Source of the DNA: a virus | Taxonomy: Duplodnaviria > Caudoviricetes | Virus record (IMG/VR): IMGVR_UViG_3300020733_000019 | Coordinates: 1 to 57,674 of that record | Length of the DNA stretch: 57,674 nt | Reading direction: 5' to 3' (one strand) | Shown: one piece after another, positions 27,389 to 40,300 of the stretch | Numbering within the stretch: position 1 is the stretch's first letter | Layout: each line of letters opens with the position of its first letter | Translations under genes and position numbers: made by a program | Notes under the pieces: model-generated | What the model was told of the DNA's origin: nothing | Databases searched by the model: none | The model's input: the letters and a program-made list of their open reading frames with translations, nothing else

Positions 27389-27994
27389 TTAAATTGTAAA
27401 GATTCTCCAACCGCGAGTGTTGTCATAATAAATCATATCAAATGCCGCACCTTGGGTCGCTACTGTCATGTTGGATACTGATCCCATAATTGGCAAACTA
27501 TTAGGATTAATTGTTAAGTTATTTGTGTTGAATGTGCTAGTAAGATCAACGATTCGAATAGTATCGCCTTGCTGTGGAGCAGACGGTAATGTTATTGTAA
27601 ATGCCGCACTCGATGTATTGCACCATAAAAACTGTTGTGCTGATGCTGTATATGTTCCGGTTACGGTTACGTTAACCATCTGTGCGCCAACTGTTCCTGT
27701 TACAATATAATTAGTACCATCACTAGTTAAAAATATTACACTATTATTAGCCATAGTGTAACTAGAAGAACTAGTATTTGTAAGAAAGTTAATGGTACCA
27801 CTAGGAGTTGATAATACAGCGGCACCACCAGTTGTATTCCAGAAACCTTGTGTTGACCCAGTACATGTACTTGGTGCGGCTAAGGTGACTGTTCCTGCTG
27901 AACCAGTGATAGTGGTAAATTGACCGTTTTGAGGAGTAGTTGCAACTCCGGTAGCAGTCGAGCTAGTTTGTAAAACTGTATTATATCTTGCCAT
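27389..27994 (-). CDS. Virion structural protein, fibre/baseplate connector-like
   Basis: NTSSAAFTITLP..P..GD.IRI.D....F.TNNLTI..N...G.....L.Y.....GW domain typical of T4-like fibre proteins, preceded by a similar degenerate copy. Confidence 0.65.
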   Translation of the reverse strand: MARYNTVLQTSSTATGVATTPQNGQFTTITGSAGTVTLAAPSTCTGSTQGFWNTTGGAAVLSTPSGTINFLTNTSSSSYTMANNSVIFLTSDGTNYIVTGTVGAQMVNVTVTGTYTASAQQFLWCNTSSAAFTITLPSAPQQGDTIRIVDLTSTFNTNNLTINPNSLPIMGSVSNMTVATQGAAFDMIYYDNTRGWRIFTI

Positions 27995-28006
27995 GTTAAT
28001 CTCTTA

Positions 28007-28378
28007 TTATGATGTCGATGTTTCAATGCCGTAAATGTTCAAGTTTACTGCACCTGTTGATGTACCTGGTCCTCCTGCACCGCCAGTACTTCCTACAATA
28101 AAGTTTGTACCTGCGGCTGCTACAATACCTGTACGTTCAAAAACACCGCCAGCAACTATGTTTGTATTGTATTCAAAACATTCGCTAGCTACCGGTGCAC
28201 CGTTAGTACTTGCGCCAATATACAATCTAATTTGTTGTGCGGCGGTTGATGTGTTAGTAAACGAAATGTTGTAAACTCCGTAATAACCTGTTGGCACTGT
28301 ATAGTAGCTAGATTGCAATGTTGCAATGTTACCCGATGTAAGTGCTTGTGTAAATTTTATACCTGATCCTGCTGCCAT
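28007..28378 (-). CDS. Small beta-rich virion protein
   Basis: YTVP.G....NISFTN....IRL.I...EY...I...GV.ERTGIV...G.ET; GGAG RBS. Resembles 55238-55564 and the core of 50376-51176. Confidence 0.62.
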   Translation of the reverse strand: MAAGSGIKFTQALTSGNIATLQSSYYTVPTGYYGVYNISFTNTSTAAQQIRLYIGASTNGAPVASECFEYNTNIVAGGVFERTGIVAAAGTNFIVGSTGGAGGPGTSTGAVNLNIYGIETSTS

Positions 28379-28397
28379 ATTAATTCTCCGTTATATG

Positions 28398-31300
28398 TTA
28401 TCTCTGACTGAAGAACGCCAGTGCAACTGGAGCTCCATCAATACCACCTGTAAACGTCATTTTGCTTGTTACTAAAATCTGATTACCTGTTGTATTACTT
28501 ATCGTATTGTTAGCAATGTAAATCTGTCCAGAAGTTATCGTATTTACGTTTAGTGAGCTTGAGCCTCCACCAATTTGGGCTGTAATATACGATTTAATTG
28601 CTTTTTGTGTCGGTACAACGTTATCACTGTTAGCTGTAAAGTACGGATCTGTTGAAAAGCTAGTAATAGTTGCTGAACCTGTACCAACTTGCAAGTTACC
28701 CAGTGTCAAACTCTGCAATCCGCTTAGAGCAAACGCACTAGCGTTCAATGTAGCAGTACCAGTTGACTGTTGAACTCCGAACAAGTTACCAACGTTAAAG
28801 TTACCGTCTTGGTCAGTACTTGTAAAGAATACACGACCACCGCCTGTAGCATATGACTGATTAGCTTGTATAGCATTGCTAGGAACTACGTTTGGATAGT
28901 TGGTTTGTGTTTGATTACCTGTACCAATGTACAAGAAATCGTGTCCTGTTAAACGTACTTGGCTATATTTCAAACGTGTAGTAATCAGTACATTATGTGC
29001 AGGAGCAAGTAATGTACTTAATGCTGGATTGATTTGGAATGTTGCTGTATAGTTACCAGCAATGCCTAAAATGTTTGAAACAGTAACTAATTTATACCAT
29101 TGGTTTGAACCGCCAATTGATGCAAATTGTACGTTAGCACCCGCTGTTGGAATAGCATAAATGTTAGATACGTTGATAAATGACGAATTTTGATATAAAT
29201 CAGCATATCCATCACCTGCTGTGTTTGCAGTAGCAGTAGCATTGTTCAATCCTCTATTAGTAAAACTTGGATTTGCTAATGCGCCGTCACCCATACGTAC
29301 ACGTAACGGTGCTGTATTAACCTTGTTAGGATCAATTTGTGTAACAACTGGGCCTGCTGTATAAATCATTCCTGTTGGACTTGTTGTAGACAATGTTACG
29401 GCTGTTGTACCACCTGCAGTTGCAGTCACTTGGAACGATGTATTAGTTACAATTGAAGAACCAATTATATAATAAGTAGTGTTGGTTGTTAAACCTCCAC
29501 TTGATGCACTAAATTCAACCGGTTGATTATTTGCAAGGCTTGTGCTTAGACCAGTAGTATCATCAACTGTAATTACGTTTGTGCTAGTTGTAGTAGCACT
29601 AACGTTACCTTTAGAGAAACCGCTACCTGGTTCGACCATACGTACTTCAGTAATCGCTCCACTAGCTACTTTCATACGCCCTTGTGGCTGTGTTCCTAAT
29701 CGTAAACTACCAGCGGCTGTTCCGCTTGTGCTACTTACAATGGCCCAAATTGGTTGGGCGCCGATTGCAGTAGTAGAAATATTACTTAAATTACCAAATG
29801 CAATCGCACTCCAGTTTGTACTAGACGGTAATGTACGTAGTGTCCATACTAGCCCGTCTGGACTAGTAGCCGCTACAGTACCTTGACTAATTGCAACAAA
29901 TTGTCCCTGGGCATAAGCAATCTTAGTCCAAGTATAAGCTGAACTTAATACGCTTGTAGTTGTTCCTAGACACGCCGGACTTGCGATCCAGTTAGTACCA
30001 TAGTTAACTGTGTATGCTACAGCTCCGTTAGATGCTAGTGCTACAAATCTGTTGTTACCATATGCAATACTAGTCCAGTTTTGTGTGCTTGGTAGTACAC
30101 CGCCTGCATTCCAGCTTGATCCATTATTTGAAATAGATGTTACTGTACCACCGTAGTTAATAGCAATAAATGTTCCACTTGCATTACCACCAGCACCATA
30201 TGCTACTGCTGAATAGTAACCAGCACTTAGCGCAGTTAATGTTCTAGAAATCCATCCGCTTGCGCTAATTGGATTAGAACTAGATGCGGCAGTTGCTGTT
30301 CCGCTTGCACCACCGACTGCTACGTAAGTTCCTGCACCATATGCTATTCCGTATAAGTTTAATACTGGTATGTATGCATTACCTGTTCCGTTACCAAGAA
30401 CAGTCCATGCTGAACTCAATGTACTTGGTAAATTGTAAGCAAAATATGTACCAGTAGACGAAGTAGTACTCATAGCCAAGAACACTGCACCAGTATCTAA
30501 AATAGTTACAGTTGGCACGCTAGTATATCCATAACCTGCTGTTGTGACTGCTATCGCAGTTACAGCACCATTACTAAATGTTGGTGTGCCACTTGCTTGG
30601 GTAGCAACATAGGTAAAATATGCTGTACCGTTTTGAATATTAGTATATCCACTAGCAGTTGTATAATCAAATGTAGGTACTGTACTACTTGTAGTTCCAG
30701 AAGTAACACACAAATAAATTCTACCAGCTGTAGTTTGATAGTAAGTTGTAGCTGTTGCTGAACCACTAATTGGATAAGCAGTTGGAGATAACCCTTGGGG
30801 TTGACTAAATGTTACTGACGGAGTACTATAGTAGTTTTTACCCCAAGTATTCATTGTTACACTCGAAACAATACTAGTGTTTGCTGTCACAGTCGGTGGT
30901 GCTGTGTAACCGCTACCATTAATAGTCATAGTTACTGATGTTATTGCACCATTTAAAACGGTACATGTTGCTGTTGCACCGCTTCCGCTTGAACTTACAA
31001 AAACAATAGTTGGAGGTGTTGTGTAGTTATATCCGCCGTTGACAATAGTTACGCTAACAACTTGGGTAGCACTTGTACCAGTACCAATCACAGCAGTTAA
31101 CACCGCTCCTGCACCGCCAAATCCACCAACTACTGCTGTAGCTGTAGCACCTTGCCCACCGCCGTAAATTACGTTATTCCATGTTTGACTGCTTGGCAAA
31201 ACACCACCTACACTCCACGAAGTACCATTAGTAGAATACTGGGTTGCAGTTCCGCTTGTAACTGTGGCTACAAATCTTCCTGCACCAAACCCTACTGCAC

Positions 31301-34300
31301 CATATGCTCCGCTTGTTACAGTTCTAGATGTTCCTAGATATCCAGGAGCACTGTAGTTAATACGAGGTTCAATGATGTAACCAGTTGTTAAGTCTAACTG
31401 ACTCTGTATAGCAGTTCCAGCAACTACATGATCCCATCCTGCGGCATATAGTGCTGTACCAATTGTGCCGGTTGAGCTTGCTGAACCAGTTGAAGTAATT
31501 GTTACAGTTGTTCCAACAAATGGTGTTGTACTAATTGCAAAAGCACTAGTTGTTAAATTAGTTGCATTTACAAAATATGTAGTGCCAGTGTCAACTCCGT
31601 TAAAACTTGAACTAAATGTCAATGTTTGACCAGCAGTTAACGTGTTAGTTGCCGTAATTAAATTGTTAACTGTGCTAACCGCTGTTACTGTTACGGTTGA
31701 AGTAGTAGTTGTAGTGACTACGGCAATGTTAGCATTGCTAGCCGTAATAGTTGCACCTGTTGCTAAACTAAATGTATTTGAAGTAGTTAAACCTTGTACA
31801 TAATAAGCAGATAATGCTGTTAACCCTGCAACTGTTGTGCCAAGGAATATTGGCATACCGTTATACATGTTTGCAGTACTTGATACTGTTAATGTATTTT
31901 GAGTAGCTGTGATAGTAGCTGAGTATTGTGACTGACTTGGGCTAATTGGCCAACTTGTTGCTGTTGTTGGTGTACCTGTAATAGTACCAAAACTTGTGGC
32001 AGTTAATGCGTATGTTCCTGCACCACCTGCTGTATATGCACTTGCTGAACCAGCCACTGCACCATATAGTGTATTACTTACTGTAATAATATTAGTTGTT
32101 ATATTAACTGCCGTAATAAATGTGTTAGCTGGTATACCACTGATTGGACCAATAAACTGTCCAACTGCTATAGTTGCAATACTACCTACGGTAAATGTAC
32201 TTAGAGTAATTGTATTTGTACCGCTTGTACCGGTAAATGTTGCAGTTGCTAATGCAGTTCCAGTTGCAGAGACTTGTCCTGCTACATAAGCTGGAGTAGA
32301 AACTGTAGCCAATGCCATGCCTGGTAACAAGTTGCTTGCGGCGCTTGCGGTTAATACTGCTTGAGTAATAGCTGTTACAGTACCAGCTGTTGGAGTTGTA
32401 CCGCCAACAACTGCATAGGTAAACACAGTTGAGCTAGTAATAGCTGTTACTGTTACGCTTGTTGGTGAACCGCCATACAATGTACCTGTACCAGATGTAG
32501 CAACAAATTGTCCTCCAACTACTAATGCGGCAGTTGTACCAGAAGTTAATGTGATTGTGGCTGCCCAAGGTGTTGCGGCACTTCCAGATCCGCTAATTGC
32601 GCTGATTGTTCCTGCCAATGATCCGCCGGTACTTGTAATGCTTGTTGTTGTTAATGTTGCACTATTAACTGTACCGGTGATATAAGTACCAGTAGTAATT
32701 GTACCAGAACTAGTTAAGAATTGTCCTGCGGCAAATGATCCAGTTTGTGTACCGGCCGGTGCTAGTACTGTTCCCCAATATGAGTTAGTAGTAATTACAC
32801 CGGCTGTATTATTAATACCAGTAGCATTAGTTGTAGCTGTAACTGCAAATGGTGCAATACTATCGCGAATTACTAGAGCAGTTTTTGTTGGATTAGAATA
32901 TGACAACATGTTTGCATATTGTCCAACACCTGTACCTGCAACAATTTGAACACGCATTCCGTTATATGCATTAGTCAATGCTGTATCTGTAGCGGCAATA
33001 ATTATAGAATAATTATTAGTTACAACTTGTCCAACGTTTGTTGCTGTAACATAACTACTACCGCCAACACCATTACCGTTGTTTAAATCAATTAATCGTG
33101 TTTCAAATAAAGCCGCGTCACGGAATTCGTCCTGGAAGGCAGAAGCATTATAACCAGATCCGCTAATAGATGGAACACTACTTGAATATCCACTACCTGC
33201 ATTTTCATATTCAAAACGTAATACTTGTGTTGTACCGTCTGTTACAACGTTTGTAATGTACGCTGGATTAGCACGGTTGTTTAAGTTACCGTATAAAGGA
33301 ACTTCAGTAGTATCTACACCTTCAGCAACAACACCATACACACCGTATGATGAGTTACCGTTAGTAGCACGAATACGTCCGCCTAGTTCTGCCATGTAAC
33401 CTGCATAACTGTAGTAGTTAAACACTGAAACAAGTTCTGATAAAGATCCTGCGCCAGTAGTCATCCAACCAATACCGTCACCAATAATACATGTATAGTC
33501 GTTAGCAACCATAGAATGATAACCACCAGAATGTAGTGCGCCGTCTACCTTAGCACCATAAACTGCATAACCAAACATTGTACAGTTTTGTACATAGCAA
33601 CTACGTGAATAAATCCATGCATTGCTGTCGTTTGGTCCAAATCCTGGATCTAAACTTGTATAGGCACCACCTGTTGGACGCTTAGTTCCAAATGCTACAC
33701 TAGCAGTTCCAAGGTAACCGGTTAAACCAGTCATAGTCATATTTCTAATACCGCTAGCATTTCTTACTAAGAAGAAATTACTTTGAGCAGATCCGTTTAT
33801 ACTATTCAATAAAACTTGAGCGTAGCGTAGACTTCTGTAATTACCTGTATACTGTAAATCATAAATGATAGCATTTAGATAATACTGTATATCATTTTGT
33901 GTTAATGCAGTTGGTGCGTAATATTGTACACTGAATGCAGGAGTTGATACTGTTGATAATGAAACAACTGTACCTGTTGTACCTGTATTAATGTTAGTAA
34001 ATCCTTCACTAGTTGTGACTGTAAATGTAGTTGTACTTGGAACACTAGCAACATAATAAGTTGTATTTGCACTTAGGTTGCCTGAAACAAATCCGGTGTA
34101 AGACACAGAACTAGAAGTACTTGCTACAGTTCCAGTAACAAATAATGCACCTCCAGGGCTTGCTGACGATACCGTTATTTGTCCACCAGTTGCTGTCAAT
34201 ACATAATATGTAGTTCCTGCAACAATATTACCAAAACTTGTACCAAATACTACGGAACCACCAACAACGATACCGGTTAATGAATTAAGAGTAATTTGAC

Positions 34301-37300
34301 TGCTTGAATTAGAGGCTGTTGCTGTTGTTGATGCGGTGGTTGGTATAAATTGTACCGGATCATTTACAACTAGTGCATGTGGATTATTAGTTGTAATTAT
34401 ATTAGTACTTGTAGCTGTTGATGCTACTGTATATGTGTATGTTGCCGCGTAGTATGCAGTAACTTCATTTTGTAAGAATGGAATATTAGCACGTAAAATT
34501 TCAGCACCTTCAATAATACCTAGAGTATTATTATAAGTTGTTGTACCATTCATTTGAGGTTGCACATACTGACTTGTACCAACATAACTGATAATTGTAT
34601 TAATATTAGTAGTAGCAGTTGTCAATGTTGCTGTATATGTTGATGCAGATAGTGTAGTTGCTACAAGTGTTTGTAGATAATTAAGCGCCGCAACAGTTAC
34701 AGTTAATTCGTAACCTTGTACTTTATAATCTTGTGTACGATTATAAGCACGACCTGCTTGAACAGTAGCAAAATTACTGCCTAACAATACATCTAAGAAC
34801 ATTGCTAGTGTAACGTTGAATACATCACGTTGTGTATATGATTGTAAGTAACTAAATGCAGTATAATTTGTATTAATATAACCTACAACACTAGCTTGGC
34901 TCACAGCCGAAACGCTTACACCAGTTACTGGTACTGCTTGTGTACCACTAGTAGCGGCAACACTCATTGTGTAAGTGCCAGTACCACCAGTACCAGTACC
35001 AAATGCTGTAATAGTAGCGCCGCCACCAATACCAGTACCAGTTATGCTCATCCCTAGAGCAATAGTACCCGATGCTACTGCTGTAACGTTTAGAGTTGTT
35101 GTACCGTTAATTGTAGCAGTAAATGCCGCAGTTGAACCAGATTGATATGTTGGAACGCTAGCACTTACCGCAATCCATGCAGATAGTGCTGTTGAATTAG
35201 TATTAGCTAAAGTTGGCATATTGATAGTTTGAACTGCTATCGATAAACCAGTACCATTAGTAAATGATGTTATTGCTGTTCCATTATAACTATTTGATAG
35301 CTGGAACTGAGTTGAAGTTAGTCCTGTACTAATTACATAATACGGAGTAACTGTAGAACCAATGATTGTTGAGGTTAATCCGTTAGTAGTCGACTGGGGA
35401 ATAATCATATCTCCTGCACTCAATCCATGGTTAGCTGTACCTACTGTAACTGCGCCGTTTGAAATAGCAGTTGAACCACCTGTAAATGTAATCACAGTAC
35501 CAGCGTAAACGTTAGCAAGCGAAGTTGATAATGTTACTGTTGTTGAACTTGTTGTAGTTGCGGCAACGTAGTATGTAGTAGTTGCGGCTAAACCCGAAGT
35601 AGTTGTAATCGAGCCACCAGTTAGAATAGGAGTACCTTGATTATAACTTGCGGCAGTTTGCAGAGTTACTGTAGTGCCGTTAGTATTAGTAATTGTATTA
35701 CTTAATGTACCAGTTGTAAATGTTGTACCACTAGCAATAGTTGTAATAATAGTTGTTGGAACTCCGCTTGTTAGACCATTATTTACAATATCAATTACAA
35801 CAAACATTAGAGTTTGCATACGTCCTGCATCACGTGCCGAACCAACAACCCCATTAGTTGTTTGTAATACTTGAGTCACAGTTGCTTGTAATGAACTACC
35901 ATAGCTTGTACCTGTTATTACATATGAATTCAACAACGTAGCAATATAGTTAAGTGTTGCCGCAAACGCAGTACCAAAACCTGCTGATATTTGTGTACCG
36001 TACAATGCTGAATAGTAAGCCATACCAGCATTTTGACTTGCCCAGTTACCACCGTAAGTCATATCATAGTGTAAAGCATCTAGGATATAACCCATGTCAC
36101 GTTGTGTTTTAGCTAGACTGTAGTTAGGATTGCTTGTTAATGAACTATAATTAGTTGTAAAATAGGCAACGGCTTCTGCAATTAGATACGCACGGTTAGC
36201 TTCCAACATACCAATTGCAGTTCCTGGATCAGAAACTGTTACATACTGAACACCACCCGAACTAACTTGTGTTACGTTAAGTGTAATATCATTTGTAGAG
36301 GTTACACCGCCAATTGATGCTCCGCTAATACGTAATTTACTACTTGTAGTATAGCTTGCGCCAGCAACTGTTGGAACAACAGTGTAAGAATAGTAACCAT
36401 TACCATTTGATAAACGTGTAATTGTAAATGCCGCTGTGCCGTCGCCACCACCTGTTACACTTAGAGCTGTTACACCTGTGTAAGTAGCTTGCGGTAATGC
36501 TTGTTGACTCCATGTAATTTGTGGAGGCGCCGCAGGACCACCTTGTAGATATGCTGTTAAATCGTCAATGGTTGTTTGAATTTGTGCAACAGCACCGCTG
36601 GCCGCAATCTGTTTCATCTTATAGTACATGAAGTTGATTGCACCAAGTGTTGGAGCTAGTTCGCCACTAGACGATGAACGTAAGTTTGTAGCACTTGTAT
36701 TAGCACGGTTGAATGCACGAGCAATTTGAATAGCATTAAAGTTTGATCCAAACACCATGTCGTATGCTGTGTATGTTGCAATTAATGTAGCATCACGATT
36801 AATTAAGTTTGGATTAACGTATGTAACGCCTTGATAATATTTGTAAGTCCAGTACTGTGCGTCACTGGCAATATTGCTGATTAAACCAGTAACTGTGTTA
36901 AATGCAGTCTGTAGTGCGACCGATTGAGCCCCAATATATGGTAATACTTGTGCATCTGGCGCTGTTGGGTTGTTAATCCAGTTAATAACGTTCTGAATAC
37001 GATCGCCTGCAAAGTTAGAGGCTGCTACGCCACCATCACCGCCTACTGTGACTTGTACAACGTTATTACCCGATGTTGCGCTAAAACCTGTTCCTCGTGC
37101 AACTGTAATGATTGCCGCTCTTAAGCGAGTTAGTGCGGCTGTATACGCGGCTGTTTGTGCCGCAGTAATTTGTAAAATATTTAACGAATAATAAGCCGCA
37201 CCTGCAATTAAACTTTGTGTGTTACCACCATAAGTTAAATCATATAGTACGCTGTCTAAAATGTAAGTAATATCACGAACACCTAATCCGTATTGTGTTG

Positions 37301-40300
37301 CATTACTTGTAGTAAATCCAGATGTTCCTGGGTTGTTAGCCAAATATTGTAGAGTTTCTGTAATTAAGAAATTATAATTTTGTTGGATTTGTGTAAATGC
37401 AGTTGCATAACCAGTAGTAGTACCAGTTGGATTACTGCCAGAAGTTGTTGCATAGGCTATGTTAGTTATGCTACCAGTACTGTATCCTGATGGTTGTGGC
37501 ATCTGAATCACAGGTGTACCATGCAATCCAGTGGCAACTAGTTCATATATGATATTAAAACTTGTTTGTAAATTAGTAATAGCCGTTGAACTACCTGTTG
37601 ACGCCGCTGGCAAACTTGTTACCTGCGCTGTAGTATTTCCAGTTGTCGGAGTGATAGCAGTATTGCTCATTAAGTTTGGAATTAATGTCTTAATTCTGTT
37701 TAGAGCCACTACTGCTTTAGGAACAACAGTAGCTAGTGTTACGTCTGCCGCAAATGGTTGTACCACTGTTGAACGAAGTTCATCACCAACAAGTGCTGTG
37801 TAAGCTGGAACGTTGATTGGAAGGACTTCATTATATGTACCTGTTTTAATACTAATAGTAGTAGCTGGATTGATAACAGCTGGTAATACGTTATTAGTTG
37901 TACCAGCTGATAAGCAACTTGTCAAATATCCGACAAGTGTTTGTGCTTTTGATAATACACCTGTTTCAACTGTATAATTTGTATTAATTTGTTGTTTGGC
38001 TTTTTCTGTTTGTACAGTACCTGCCACTGTTTGACTACCGGTGGTAGAACTTAAGAAACTAACACTTCCTGAACTACTTGCAGTAACTTGCCATGTACCG
38101 TTATAACCGGTTGGAGTTACGCCAGCAACTGTTACATAACTGCCTACAGTAAATGCTGATCCAGTGTATGTAATAGTAGCAACTGTACCAGTACCGCTTG
38201 CGCCAGTTGTTGCAATAGCAGGATTCAATGTTGATTGATAGTTCGTTCCAGGTGCTGTATTGGCTAATACGTTTGGTACTAGTGTGTTTGCAAGATAATT
38301 TAAACTTGAATTAAATGGAACTACATCATATGAATTAACACCGGAGGTAAATGTTGAGCCGTTTGATGTAAAATATGCCTGCACGTTAGTAGTTGTTTGA
38401 TAAGTACCGTTGTGAGTAATATCAAATATCAATCCTTGGATAACTAATCCAGCATCTCTTTCTGTTTTACTAGCAATATAATTGTAAGTACTAATGTTAG
38501 TAGATCCAGTACCTACTGTAAACAATGTTGGTACTTGTGAAAGAGCATAACTTGTAGCAATAGTAAATGTTGTTGAACTTGGAATAGTTGCAACATAATA
38601 AACAGTACCGGCAACAATATTACCACTTGAAGTGCTAAATGTAATTGGCATGCCAGAATACATATTAGATGTAGTTGTTTGAGCAACCGTACTTGTTCCG
38701 CCAACTGTAATTATTGTAGTTGCAGTTCCAGTTACGTTGAAACTATATGTATAGTTAAGATAGTTGCTAACTTCTTTCACTATAAACTGCTTGTTAGCAG
38801 TTAGTAAGAATTTAGCACTAGGATTTAGATAACCGTCTTCTACTTGTTGGCAAGCATATCGAATACTTTGCCATGGTTTATCAATAGTTGTACCTTGTCC
38901 ATTACCTACTACATCTGAACCAGCTGGTGATACATAAACTAAATTATTAATTTGTCCATAATATTGCCATGCTGGGGTTGTACCATTGACACGCAATACT
39001 TGTCCGTCTGTTCCAATTGGCAAACGTGTTGGACCATTAGCACCATAGTAAAACATATCACCTTGGGTAGTAAGAACAGCTTGTTCTGTACCGGATGCCA
39101 TTAAGTTCCAATATGTACCAGTTGTATCGTTATCTGGACGATTGCCACTGGCGCCTACGTGTGCTAACACACAAATGTAAGTACTTACACCCCATAAGAC
39201 TGTATCGCCAAGTACATAAGTTGCGCCACTGGCCCAAGTAACTGATATGCCAGTTGAAGTTACACCGCCTGACTGGATCACGCCGCCTGATACAGTACTA
39301 ACTGTAATGGTTAGATCGTTAGCTGGGCTTGCACCTCCTAGGCTTGTGCCTAGAATCTTCATAGTATTTGTTGCAGAGTAACCTGTACCTCCACTGGTTA
39401 CAGTTACAGTATAAGTTGTATTTTTTGCAAGTACTGTGAATTGTGCGCCTGTACCAGTACCAACAATGTTAGTAGCCGATAAACCGGTATATGTATTATA
39501 ACTAGGATTCCATTTAATACCTGAATTTAATTGCGCCCAATATGTTGTAAATGGAGGTTTAGGATTTGTAGTACCTACTGAAGATCCCGAGGCTGCTGAT
39601 AACAATACTGGTGCTCCTCCAACTGTAGTGTTTACAGTAAAAGTTGTACCTCCAGATAAAATATATCCAACATAGTATTGCTGAGATGTTGATAAACCGC
39701 CTAACGCTGTTCCAAATGTAATTGGAAGACCTGTTACAAGATTTGCAGTTGATGATACAGTAATTAAATTATTTGTTCCAGTAATAGTTGTACTACTAAT
39801 AGCTGTTCCTGTATAATTAGTAGTCCAACTTGTTCCGCTACCACCTGTAATATAATAGGTATTTGCTGTTAATCCGCCACCGCTTAGATACATGCCAATA
39901 GTAACTGTGCCAGTTACAGTACCGCCTATTGATAATGCGCCTGCAGAACTGATTGTAGTCAAGGGCATTGTTGCTGTTGGATTAGTTGTTGCTGTTGCTG
40001 TAACAGTTTGAACAGCATTGTCTGCAATAGCTAGATATGTATATCCGTCAACTGTTACAACATCGCCAATTCTATAACCAGTTTGTCCAGTCTGTATACC
40101 GCTAGGACTTGCACTCCATGCGCCTGCAAATGTCAAACCAGTAGTAAATGGTTGCCAATAGCTTGTTGCTGTGCTAGGTGTTTGTCCTGTATTATTTTGT
40201 AATGCAATATAAGTATAACCACCGTAACTTACTACATCTCCTTGAACATAACTTGTTCCAACTAACCAAGAATTTTGAAATTCAAATCCTGCAACAAATA

